A stretch of 34,017 nucleotides of DNA, taken from contig NC_068981.1 in assembly GCF_001194135.2 (NCBI RefSeq), positions 69,911,575 through 69,945,591 of the forward strand. Reading direction: 5' to 3'. The notes beneath the pieces are model-generated. The model was not told the origin of the DNA. It saw nothing but the letters and a program-made list of their open reading frames with translations, and searched no databases. The position numbers were made by a program, and so were the translations under genes. Source of the stretch: Octopus bimaculoides (lineage: Eukaryota). Shown here piece by piece: positions 1-11,494 of this stretch (the first letter of the stretch is position 1; each line of letters begins with the position of its first letter).

Positions 1-43
<43 letters not shown>

Positions 44-277
44 ATATGTATATATGTTTATATATATGTATATACGCGCATATATATGTGCGTGTATATG
101 TAGGGATATACGAGTGTATGTATATTTGTGTGTGTCGTTATTCAGTTTATTTCAAGATTTCTTGCCGATGTATGCATTTAAGTAGGTATGTAACTATGTA
201 TGTATGTGAACATTTGTATGTTTTATGTATGCTTTCTCATGCATATAGTGGCATATCTCGACATGTTCATATATATT
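1..277. repeat. (TA)n followed by degenerate TA/TG low-complexity microsatellite
   Basis: Pure (TA)n at 1-34, then TATG/TGTA-rich sequence. The ORF 34..279 is a translation of this repeat. Confidence 0.9.
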
Positions 278-1390
278 AAAATGATAAACTTCTGGAAAGT
301 TCTACAGATTTTTTACAGTTCCAGTGATGGATGGTATCCGTTCTCTTCGAATTAGCGCCCTCCTTTCTGGCTTTCAGGAGCCTAGTTTCTCAAGATCGGT
401 ATTTATGTAGTGCATCGCATATCCCGGATCCACAAGAACTACTGGTATATGTCTGAGCTTGTAATCTGCGTAGTTTAACTTCAGATTTCCCAATAGTTCA
501 GCATAGGTGTTCTCTTTTTCACTGATCTTCAGCTTTATGTTAACATCCGCTGGGCAGTTAATTTCCATCAACTGGGCACAGTTTCTCTTCTCTATCCCAA
601 ATCAGGTCTGTTGTGCTTATATTTTATTGAGGTTTCCAGTGGTACATTCCACCAATATTCCTTTAAATTATGAGTAGCTATGGTTTCTACCATATTGTGA
701 GTTCTTATTTGTGTGTCCTTTGGATTGTCCTTCCGACGGATTTCATTAGAGATTGTCCTAGCTACGACATTATGTTTCATCGGTAGTTAGTACCGTTATG
801 ATATTTTTGGACAACTGCTTATGATGTGAGTGATATCTTCAGTGTGAACTTCACAAACTCTGCATCGGTTGTCACATTTTATGGCCTTCCCTGCGTTATT
901 ATTGCGTTGGGAAGAAGGTTAGTTTTCGATGTTTTAATAAAGTTACAGTTATTAACCTCTTTCTATGTTCTACAAATGTTGTTTGTTGGCGTAGTTGCTT
1001 TGCAGTGAAATCATTTAATTTTGGATGCAGACGCAAATCGTCCCAATGTGATTTCAATCGATTCATATAGCCAACAGCGGGGTTTTGTTCTGCTTTTTCG
1101 AAGCAGGTAAATTGATTATTATTCAATTCATAACTCGAAGAGAAATGAGTTTTGTAGTTACGGATTCTTCTATACCTACAGTTAGAAAGAATTTGTTTAC
1201 CTGTTGAATGTTGCCTTGGTTCTCTTCCTCGATTGTATTGTTGTTGATGTTGTGTCCAGCCATGCTGCTTTTAGTAACTATCTACAAGCTAAATTCAAGT
1301 TTCTGTCAAAAATCACTATGATCGTGAATAAAAGTCGTCGTCAGTTAATTCATCTGAAGATTAAGCAGTTATTTAACAAGGCTGATATTT
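278..1390 (-). mobile_element. Decayed, internally deleted RLE-type non-LTR retrotransposon (R4/Dong- or NeSL-like): N-terminal domain, CCHC knuckle and restriction-like endonuclease, no RT
   Basis: Minus-strand translation gives PAVGYMNRLKSHWDD..HPKLNDFTAKQLRQQ (about 1090-990). Then CDNRCRVCEVHTEDITHIISSCPKIS*RY*LPMKHNVVA (C-x2-C-x8-H-x4-C, about 880-760), KHNRPDL, MEINCPADVNIKLKISEKENTY (PD..E RLE motif) and the terminal TVKICRTFQKFII*. Multiple stops and frameshifts. Confidence 0.85.
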
Positions 1391-1499
1391 ATGGCTCCGA
1401 AGTTGGAGACAGTAATAATCGTATTTTCAATAAATAGTGTCCCACGCCAAAAGCGAGAGTTATCGCTGCTAGTACAACATAAGCTAACCACATGCGCCT

Positions 1500-1681
1500 T
1501 CCACACACACGCGCACATACACACACATACACACACATACACACACACGTAAATATATGCACACAGAGAGACAATAAGAGAGAGTGAGAGAGAGATGAAG
1601 CTGTAACTATGTATGTACATATTAGTGGAATGAAAACTTATGTTAGCATGATATTATTATTGCATAAGTGATATTTTATGT

Positions 1682-1724
<43 letters not shown>

Positions 1725-1812
1725 AGACACACATACACACACACACACACGTATATNNNNNNNNNNNNNNNNNNNNNNNNNNNNNNNNNNNNNNNNATAT
1801 ATATATATATAC
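1500..1812. repeat. (CA)n/(GA)n/(TA)n microsatellites around an N-gap
   Basis: Directly visible dinucleotide runs at about 1500-1595 and 1685-1812. Confidence 0.9.
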
Positions 1813-2359
1813 ACTTCTAACATAAATTATCTATGAATTTTCCTTTTTATACTCATTACTTCTTTACTTTAACTCCCCTCCTGAAAATACTCACTCAGTC
1901 ACTAGGCTAACTCCGTTTCATTTAAATTTTGAAAATATTAAATATTATTCATTTAACATCTGAATTGACTCCCGTGCTATATGTTACACATATGCATATA
2001 AGAACATGTATGTAAATACACACACAAAAATACACATAACACGCGCACCACAACGCAACGGATACACGCACTCTTTCCATTATCTGAAATGTAAAACGAA
2101 TTTCTGTTCAATATTACAAATTCAATTATTTTGTCTCATGCTGATAACTGCACCTTTCATAGAGAGCAAAAATCAAAACAGTTTCATTCATTTCTTAAAA
2201 GTTTAGATCAAGAAAATGCTAGTAGACAAAAGAAAAGCGGATGATATTTATAAGATTTACCCCATTTAATCATTCATTACATTCTGTGTATAATTGTTAC
2301 TTAAGTAACACATATCAGTTTTTCTAGAATTGATATCTAGTTGAGGTTAGCATCGCCAA

Positions 2360-2501
2360 CTTAACGTTGCTTTTTTCATATTTATGATTTTGCGGGCACA
2401 GCAAGTGTTGGGGTTGATAGCGACCCTAGAACTTGACTGGAACTTATTTTATCATTCCGAAACGCTGATAGTCAAAATCGTCCTCGGCAGTATCTGAACT
2501 C
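2360..2501 (-). mobile_element. 5'-truncated tRNA-derived SINE fragment (same family as 2650-2813)
   Basis: Reverse complement GAGTTCAGATACTGCCGAGGACGATTTTGACTATCAGCGTTTCGGAATGATAAAATAAGTTCCAG aligns by eye to the B-box and body of the 2650-2813 copy. Confidence 0.65.
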
Positions 2502-2649
2502 TGTTTACATAAAACTACATACAAAATGCATATATGCGCATGTATACATGCGTATGTATATCTGCGTGCATCTATGTCTACATAGAGTGTTCATGGTATC
2601 TTGTTTATACACTGTCTTTTTCTTTTTACTTTTAATACCGCATGCATTC

Positions 2650-2813
2650 AAGTGCGTTGAGCCGACAGAAGCGTTAGCACGTCGAGCAAAATGCTTAGCG
2701 GCATTCGTCGGTCTTTACGTTCTGAGTTCAAATTCTGCCGAGGTAACTGTACTTTTCATTCTTTGCGTGACGACAAAATAAGTACCACGTGAGTGTTGTA
2801 ATCGACTTGACTC
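2650..2813 (+). mobile_element. tRNA-derived SINE (cephalopod-type)
   Basis: Degenerate A box (CCGACAGAAGCG) and B box GAGTTCAAATTC at 2724-2735. The body GCCGAGGT..TTTCATTCTTTGCG..ATAAGTACCA resembles a high-copy octopus SINE as I recall it. Confidence 0.75.
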
Positions 2814-3839
2814 AAAATTTCTGGCCTTATTAGACACATTCATATTCATAACCTTAGAAATGCAAATAAACATTGCTATCCACATAAACTTTATTAAATT
2901 TATGTTAGAGAGTTGTAAAATCTTTAATAAAAGATCGACGAAAGACTACATATAGAATTGTAGTTACATAAAACCTCATATATATTTCAGGCGTGTATTC
3001 CTTGTCTAAAGGATAGATACACAAGAAAACCATTAAGTCTAACTAATTCAGTTTTTGAAAGAACCCATTTTAGCTCTTCAGATATATTAATAACTCCCTG
3101 TATATAAGACATAGAAATGAGTATGTATATTTACTGTTTGGTTTGTTTCATTATATCCTGAGCAGTAGACTGTATATTATACGAAAATAGCTGAAAATAT
3201 CAAAACATTTTTGGCAAAAGCTCTATAAGTTGAACCAAGCGTAGAATTTTATGAGAATTATGTGACTGAATATAGCTGATTTTAACTAAACCAGAACGTA
3301 TGATTTGATTAATGTTTGCATGTAATATAACACAGCTTCGTGGCAAAAACTGTATACATAAGTTTGGATCGAATGGAATAAGCATTTATTTTCCTTGTTC
3401 AGTTTGACTTACGACATTCCAAAGTGGAGAAGAGGACTCAGTTCCCAGTTTTGCATTTGATCCTTTATTTGCTATAATCGTTATATCAACTGCTGAAATA
3501 TATAAATATGCAAGAGACTGGATTCAAAGAATTGCGTTAGATTCATATCAAATTTTTATTTCTAATTATTGTAAGTTTTATCTGTCAAATTGTTAATTAT
3601 ATATTTATTCTAAAACCGAACGTGAGTTTTCGATTTCCTTGCATCTACGAAAATGCATAAATTTTCTAATATAATAGTCAACCGAGCAAATTCAGCGTAG
3701 GTGTGAGTATGTAGTTGATATGTAGTAAAAAGAGTGTTCACTGAAACCGTTATTACAAAATTATTTTGTAATACATGACATCAGTTTTCAGCAAAATTCA
3801 GCATACATCTCTAGCATCTTTCCATTGGTAATCCATTGG

Positions 3840-3871
<32 letters not shown>

Positions 3872-3982
3872 NNNNNNNNNNNNNNNNNNNNNNNNNNNNN
3901 NNNNNNNNNNNNNNNNNNNNNNNNNNNNNNNNNNNNNNNNNNNNNNNNNNNNNNNNNNNNNNNNNNNNNNNNNNNNNNNNNN

Positions 3983-4090
3983 GGGTAATTTTCCTTGTTA
4001 ATTTTTGTTTCCTGTATAACCTCACTATTCTTCGTCTGTCTGTTGTCCATTATGTTTTGTTTTCGGTCGTGATGACCAATAAAGAAAGTA
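3983..4090 (+). mobile_element. Probable 3' end of an L1/Tx1-like LINE (pyrimidine-rich UTR, AATAAA, then (ATT)n tail)
   Basis: Pyrimidine-rich tract ending CCAATAAAGAAAG directly before the (ATT)n at about 4090-4149. The 5' part is lost in the gap. Family assignment is from recollection only. Confidence 0.4.
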
Positions 4091-4102
4091 TTATTATCAT
4101 CA

Positions 4103-4149
<47 letters not shown>

Positions 4150-4666
4150 GAATGACAGAGCTTTGCATGCCATCATGGGGTTATGATTACTCATCTGATA
4201 AGAGTACACCAGGCACCTGCATCACAACCGTATGTGCATGATATGGTGATCTCATATCTAGATTAATAACACATGACCTTGCAGGTGGTGCCTCGTTTGA
4301 ATTTTCTTCAGATTGTTTAGCCCATCCAGCACAAAAGGTCCCTGAATAAGGGTTGTTTAAGGATGATGAACAAAGCACCCATTTTGCCAGCGGTAAATGA
4401 TGCAAACCCCAAACAATTCCTATCAAAACATGGTTATGACGCTCCTCCACTACTTCCGTTCATGATCAGAAATGCACATATCGTCAATAACTAAGGGACA
4501 TCCTTAACTGGTTAAGGTCTAACAACTGACACACATCTGTGGTATAAAGCAGAATATTTGCTGTAGCCCATCTTTTATACCAGGACAAAACAATTTACAT
4601 GACAACACTTTTAATTAGTTAAGACGAGAAGCCATGAAAGCCACTGACTGGTACTCCATCAGGGCA
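4150..4666 (-). mobile_element. Non-coding interspersed repeat of about 520 bp, copy 1, flanked by (AAT)n
   Basis: Co-linear with 5754-6310 (shared blocks such as AAAAGGTCCCTGAATAAGG, AACTGGTTAAGGTC and GCAGAATATTTGCTGTAG). Both ends abut ATT runs. Strand is tentative, taken from the ..C-AATAATAAT junction shared with the neighbouring LINE 3' end. Confidence 0.8.
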
Positions 4667-4683
4667 TTATTATTATTATTATT

Positions 4684-5008
4684 GTTCAGTAGTTTTATTT
4701 TTATAACGTGCTTTCACTTCACTACCGAGCGCAGCTCTGTGCGCCTTGGGTATGTGCTGTGGTTTGCTGTGGTGCTCTTATGTTTACTGTATTGAAAGTG
4801 TTTCGCGTAGAATGTGTGCAGTACCCAGCAGTGCAATTTTCTGTATGTTATATATATTTGTAAGTCCTGGCATTTTTGTTATGTATTTGTCTGAATATTT
4901 TTTTATTATACCTAAGGCACCTACTATGATAGGAATTGTTTCTGTTTTTAGATTCCACATTCGAGTTATCTCTATTTCCAGGTCTTTGTATTTTGAAAGT
5001 TTTTCCAC
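4684..5008 (-). mobile_element. 3' end of an R4/Dong-like RLE LINE (endonuclease C-terminus, 3' UTR, (AAT)n tail)
   Basis: EKLSKYKDLEIEITRMWNLKTETIPIIVGALG...IQKIALLGTAHILR* is the canonical RLE C-terminus. A 3' UTR of about 100 nt ends in GAAC-AATAATAAT. The upstream part lies in the 5009-5713 gap. Confidence 0.9.
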
Positions 5009-5753
5009 NNNNNNNNNNNNNNNNNNNNNNNNNNNNNNNNNNNNNNNNNNNNNNNNNNNNNNNNNNNNNNNNNNNNNNNNNNNNNNNNNNNNNNNNNNNN
5101 NNNNNNNNNNNNNNNNNNNNNNNNNNNNNNNNNNNNNNNNNNNNNNNNNNNNNNNNNNNNNNNNNNNNNNNNNNNNNNNNNNNNNNNNNNNNNNNNNNNN
5201 NNNNNNNNNNNNNNNNNNNNNNNNNNNNNNNNNNNNNNNNNNNNNNNNNNNNNNNNNNNNNNNNNNNNNNNNNNNNNNNNNNNNNNNNNNNNNNNNNNNN
5301 NNNNNNNNNNNNNNNNNNNNNNNNNNNNNNNNNNNNNNNNNNNNNNNNNNNNNNNNNNNNNNNNNNNNNNNNNNNNNNNNNNNNNNNNNNNNNNNNNNNN
5401 NNNNNNNNNNNNNNNNNNNNNNNNNNNNNNNNNNNNNNNNNNNNNNNNNNNNNNNNNNNNNNNNNNNNNNNNNNNNNNNNNNNNNNNNNNNNNNNNNNNN
5501 NNNNNNNNNNNNNNNNNNNNNNNNNNNNNNNNNNNNNNNNNNNNNNNNNNNNNNNNNNNNNNNNNNNNNNNNNNNNNNNNNNNNNNNNNNNNNNNNNNNN
5601 NNNNNNNNNNNNNNNNNNNNNNNNNNNNNNNNNNNNNNNNNNNNNNNNNNNNNNNNNNNNNNNNNNNNNNNNNNNNNNNNNNNNNNNNNNNNNNNNNNNN
5701 NNNNNNNNNNNNNATTATTATTATTATTTATTATTATTATTATTACTATTATT

Positions 5754-6310
5754 GAGTGAGAGAGCAGTGCATGCCATCAAAGTGAAAGTGGGGTAAAATA
5801 TACGAAGCCTATTATACCCATCATGACTACCCGCCTGATAAGGGTTACACCAGGCACATTCAGCACAACTATATGTGCGTGACATGGGGATCTTATATCA
5901 AGATAAACAGGGCATGACCTCGCAGGTGGGGCCAAGTTAGAATTCTCTTCATGTCGAGTAGCCCATCCCGCTCAAAAGGTCCCTGAATAAGGTTCGTATA
6001 AGGATGTTGAGTAAAACACCCATGTTTCCAGAGGTGAATTATTCAAACCCCAAAGAATTCCTCTCAACACATGGCTATGATGCTCCCCCACTACGTCTGC
6101 TCATCATCAGAGATGCACATATCGTCAGCCACCAAGGGACATGCTCAACTGGTTAAGGTCAAACAACTGAGAAGCAAATCTGTGGTATTGAGCAGAATAT
6201 TTGCTGTAGTCCATCTTTTTATACCAAGACAAAACAACGTACATGATAACACATCCAATCAATACAGATCAGATGCTATGAGAACCACTGCCTGGTACTG
6301 CATCCGGGAA
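5754..6310 (-). mobile_element. Non-coding interspersed repeat of about 555 bp, copy 2, flanked by (AAT)n
   Basis: Same element and orientation as 4150-4666, with about 40 extra bases near 5780. No convincing ORF. Confidence 0.8.
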
Positions 6311-6337
6311 TTTATTATTGTTGTTATAATAATAATA

Positions 6338-6393
<56 letters not shown>

Positions 6394-6426
6394 TATTATT
6401 ATTATTATCATTATTATTATTATAAA

Positions 6427-6523
<97 letters not shown>
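6311..6523. repeat. Compound microsatellite (AAT)n-(ATT)n-(AGT)n-(AGC)n-(AGT)n
   Basis: Directly visible. It generates the poly-I/poly-S tail of ORF 6071..6583. Confidence 0.95.
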
Positions 6524-6524
<1 letters not shown>

Positions 6525-9500
6525 AGAGATTTATTTCTCTTTTGCAGACCAGATTTCAGATTGTCTGCCATGGATTAGATTAGAAGATTATATCTCAATA
6601 TCATTTAAGTACATTGCGTGTTACTTTCATTATAAATATCGATATAAGATATATTAGATATTGAATGTGCAACTGCAGATAATCTCGCCTATGTCAAGTT
6701 TGAATACTTTCCAGTATCCGGGGTTTAGTTGCAAATGATGCATAAATTGTTCTGTTGGTTATATATTTAAAGAAATATTTTGTTATACCAGGTGGGGTTA
6801 AGGAACCAACCATTGAATCCCCTTGTATCAATTTAATGAAATAATGATCATGGTTGAATATTTTTTTTGTTGGGAAACGGCTCCGAGAATCGTTTTCCCC
6901 CGTTAGTAATGACATATATGCATATGGCGGTTACGGAATTCTTCCTTGTGAGACTGATATTTTTATTTCACATAGTATAGAATAGATGTCTACTCGTCTG
7001 TAGCTAAAGTATGAACACTCCGAACAGTGAACAAGCCTTCAGATACTCACACACACATTACATATACAACAGAGTTTATATGTAATAGCACGGACACCAA
7101 ATCAAAATTCATAACATAGAAGCGAGAGGAATTATCAGATCTCCACCCAACCATACACCAGAATCGTATATCCATACTTTTTCTAAATCACTTATTTTGA
7201 AATCTCCAAAGATCTTACAAATAAATCTGGCACTTCCTTCAACACAATGATTATTTTACCATAACATAACTTCCTTGAAAGCCTCACTAATCTCGAGCTC
7301 TGCACGCTTATACAGAAACGCTTCTCTTTCCTCGAGGGTTTGTCGAAGCACTTTACTCAAGTTACCATGGCTAACAGTTGGCACCTAACTACGCTGACGT
7401 GTATACCAATAATTCTAAAGTTCAAATCACTAATCAGAGCCGTGGAAATTTCTGTCTGTGCCATTATAAGGTTTTCTCAAATCGACCTCTTCAACGTTTT
7501 TCGTCAACTTCATTCTTTTTGCCCTAGATTTCACATTTACCATCTACATCACTGCTGAAAATATTTGGAATACTGTTTAAAGTGATTAAGTCAGATCTCC
7601 ACCTATATCTGTTACAAACCTATTGAATTCCATCTTTACTCCTACGTAAATACTCTTCACTTCTCAGTCTTTTATTCCTAAATCTATTATTCCTTATCAA
7701 AAATTTCACAGACACTGCAAACCCATACTGTGCTGAGCAGTAACATCATTTCGTCTATTAAATTTGATTAAAATTCACTATCATATGTTTCTTACCGGCA
7801 CACTTGCTGTGTTGATCTCATCTTCATCTTCTTACCTCGCATCTGTTTCACAACAGACGTCTGTTGATCCATGCATACTTTTCGTCATCTCTTACCTACC
7901 TTTAGTGCACAACCCTACGACAATTTTGTCCTCTACAATTAAGCTCTGCTACGTCCCACATATTCTCTGCGTTTTCTCCCTTTATTCCATATATAACATC
8001 AATGTCCATGGATTTCTAATATGTAATACCTCTCATTCACGTTCTAACTGATTCCTTCACTGTTCACGAATTTTCTGTAACATCAGTCCATCCAGAATAT
8101 CGCTACCCTACACAGATATAGATAATTCTTCTCTATGGTAAGCTGTTTCACCGACATAAGCATAATTATTTTATGAAATACTAACCCTTCGGTTTGAAAT
8201 AACAAGGGAACCATCATTGAATATCATAGCAACATGTACCTGACGTGAAATACAATTTATCCAGCAAGATCGTGGATTCCTGCGAGCATTTTTACTCCAT
8301 ATTTGGACTATAGACCTGACAGAAGTATTGGGAATATGAAATCCTAAAAAAGCTGTCAAAAATGAAACTGAGAATTATTTTCAACAGAAAATATGCTCCC
8401 ATCAAGTAAGGTAACTGGGAAAGTTTAATGAATACATATGCGTATTCGTATACGCATACGTATATAACACAAACAAATATATACCTACATCTACACACAA
8501 ACACACACACACACGTAGTTTTTAATGTACACGTGAGCATAATACATGTTTATGTTAATATTCCCGTCTCTACGAATGCCAATGAGCACCGAAATTTCTA
8601 AAGGAATTAGATTTAACAGATATTGTAAAAAGAGGGAGCTACTCTATTTTCGGCAAAAATGTTTCTATAACTTTATGCTCATTCAAAGAAGAATATCTTA
8701 CACAGCCAATTTCGGCAACTGAATTGTCTCTTTTTTACCATTAGTCATGATGCACAAATATGCATTGTAGATAACCGTTACCACTATCTATTACACGAAA
8801 GGCTATGATTACAAACTGAAGAATATACAAAAGTTAATATTTCAATTGATAATTTTTCAACAATACTACTGCCAGGTAATTTTCTCTTACTAACAGAATA
8901 TGATCAAAGTTTCCAAACGGAATGTTATTTTCACTAAAACCTCCAGCAATAAGCATTTCATAGTTTTCTTTGCTTTTCCATTTATGGCATACCAAAGTAT
9001 TCCTTATATCTGACAAGTGTTTGAGTTTCAGAGTCATGGATTTATTTAAATTTCTTAGAGTTAGGGTGCAAAATCTACATTAGTCAGCTTCTTCATCATG
9101 TTTCTCTTGTTGAAGATAAATTTCAAATTTAGGATATCGCGGCCATTTTTCATTTCTTGACTATGCATACCAATGACAGTTTTCATTTCCTCATGTAAAT
9201 TATAGATAGCAAAAAATTACAATTCCCAAAAATTTATGATGACTGAAAAAGTGGGATCACTCACATACAACGAGAATGCACAGCAAATATTAAAGGAGGA
9301 TGGCAAGATTACAATGTACAATGGATCAACAGTGATACGATCCATCTGTATTCCTACTACAAGTAGCCAGCGCTTGGCGACCGAAAATGTTATGTACAAC
9401 GTAGGGTGATTAACATACAGGATTCCGAAAACATGTGAAAGCGGAAGTTAGCTGACCATGAACTACACATGCATAGAAGGATAGCAAGAAGCTTACAGTT

Positions 9501-10029
9501 GGTCGTTAGAAATGAGAAAGAGTCTTAAAGATTTGGTTTAAAATGTATAGGAGTATCTGGTATATATGAACCTGACCTATTAATATACTGATGAGACGAC
9601 TTCCAACTGTGCAAAACCTGGGGTCACTCGTTATACAATAGTCAATGGAGATAGAGGCAACTAAAAATTATATACACAAACATATACACGATGATTGAAT
9701 CTATGCTGTAAAAATTGATGACCTACATAATTGTTATTTTGTTCAATAGGATTATTAAAAAGTTGTATTTAAAATACAGATATCTTAAATACTACTGCAA
9801 ACATATATGTTTAACAACCTGAATATATTGCTTCCGAGTAATTCATCTTGATTGTACATTATTTTGCGGCAAGTTGATAGAAACACATCTTTTAAAATGT
9901 AACCAAAATTATAATAGAACAGAGATTTGCTGTTGAACATGCTTCAATATTATTTTTTAAGATAACCTTCATAGATATATAGAAATTGCTATAATGAACA
10001 AAACAACGATGCCAAAAATGTTGCCGCAT

Positions 10030-10050
10030 AGACCTACTCTTCCATCTCCT

Positions 10051-10090
<40 letters not shown>

Positions 10091-10100
10091 GTTTTCTCTC
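10030..10100. repeat. (TC)n microsatellite
   Basis: Directly visible. Confidence 0.9.
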
Positions 10101-10209
10101 TGCTTTAACCTAGTTTCTCTTTAATTCTCCTTTCTACTCTGTTTTTCTCGTTCAGTTTCACAATGCTTCATTTACCTCTGACACATAATTTACCTTTTAT
10201 TTCACTTTT

Positions 10210-10470
10210 TTTTATTTATTTATGCGCCCTTTAAAAGCCTAACCAGGCTCATGGGCCCGGTTTCCCGGTTTCAATGACGTATGTGTTCCCCAGCTGGACG
10301 GGACGCCAGTCCATCGCAGCATTACTCATTTTTGCCAGCTGACTGGACTGGAGCAACGTGAAATGAAGTGTTTTGCTCAAGAACAAAACGTGTCGCCCGA
10401 TCCAGGAATCGAAACCACAATCTTACGATCATGGTGCTGACACCCTAACCACTAGGCCACGCGCCTCCAC
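10210..10470 (-). mobile_element. Full-length tRNA-derived SINE with a V/Meta-like central domain
   Basis: Reverse complement starts GTGGAGGCGCGTGGCCTAGTGG (A box) ... GGTTTCGATTCC (B box). It contains CTGCGATGGACTGGCGTCCCGTCCAG and ends in a (TAAA)n tail. Confidence 0.85.
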
Positions 10471-11404
10471 TTTATTTCTCTTAGTCATCATTATTACTTT
10501 CTCTATCTCAGTAACCCTCGTCGCACTTCCTCTCTTTCTCTTCAAACTACACCTCTTTTATTTTATTATATTTCAGTTTGAGAGAAGATACAAAAATGCA
10601 CGTAAAATATCATATTGGTGATGAATGAAATATTTTCAAGTATTTAGTTATTTCGGGTATGAAGTCCACTGCATATAGCTTTACTACTTTCAAAATATGT
10701 ATACAGAATATGAGTGATGAAAAAATATCAGATCTGGGACAAACTGTCGAGTATTGGAAAGCTCCCCCGTATAGGCGCCATTTTTTTATTGTTTTTTTTT
10801 ATTGTTAGCATGGATATTTATGAAATTTTACTTCATCAGTTGTTTCATTCATTTTGAATATACAAGTCGACAGAATTGTACAATTCTGTGGAAAGCTGGG
10901 GTTTATATTCCCCAAAATATACGAGGAAGTATATCTGTCGCTGTTTGGTAATTTCCTCGGACACTTTAAATGTCACCTATCATAACAACCAAGTTCATAC
11001 GCCTAACCTTCATGAGAGAGAAAAGGCGAGATCTTAAAACAGGTCAACAGTTGTATGAAGTAACGATAAAACATCTCTTTGGTATCAGATATACACAAGG
11101 AAATATTAAGATGATGAAATAAAAAATAAATCTAATGACTTTATAATTAGTAGCTATAACACCTTCTTGTGAGAAGATACTGTAAAGTCAGCAATTTCTA
11201 ACCCGTCTTTGCTTTCAGACGTAATTTCCAAAACTCAAAAATTACTGAAGAGTATAGTAGAACAAATGATATCTATACAGAAAAGTTGTGTAACCAAACA
11301 CTCTAAAGAGCGATGAGGTAAGAGAAATCCTACATCTACCTTCCTAATAAAAGGAACGCTTATTGTATCAATTAAACATCAGTTATGATCATCGCTAGCT
11401 GATG

Positions 11405-11424
11405 TAGTAGTGGTAGTAGTAGTC

Positions 11425-11493
<69 letters not shown>
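11405..11493. repeat. (AGT)n microsatellite
   Basis: Directly visible. Confidence 0.95.

Positions 11494-11494
<1 letters not shown>

Noticed and set aside
7000-8150. Purine-skewed minus-strand stretch that might be a very old LINE (a YGFAVS/SDLNFRIIG hint of an APE domain)
   Set aside because: No continuous motif set could be read. A profile HMM search (APE/RT) would be needed.
8171-8359. Minus-strand ORF GFHIPNTSVRSIVQIWS loosely resembling a glutamate-receptor N-terminal segment, with possible AG/GT ends
   Set aside because: The similarity is short and subjective, no supporting neighbouring exons were found, and the plus strand has equally plausible splice signals.
8640-9700. Protein-like plus-strand frame with scattered stops (possible pseudogene)
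   Set aside because: Stop density by eye is close to what AT-rich non-coding DNA gives, and no family motif was recognised. CTGATGAG near 9587 has no matching GAAA or helices, so it is not a hammerhead.
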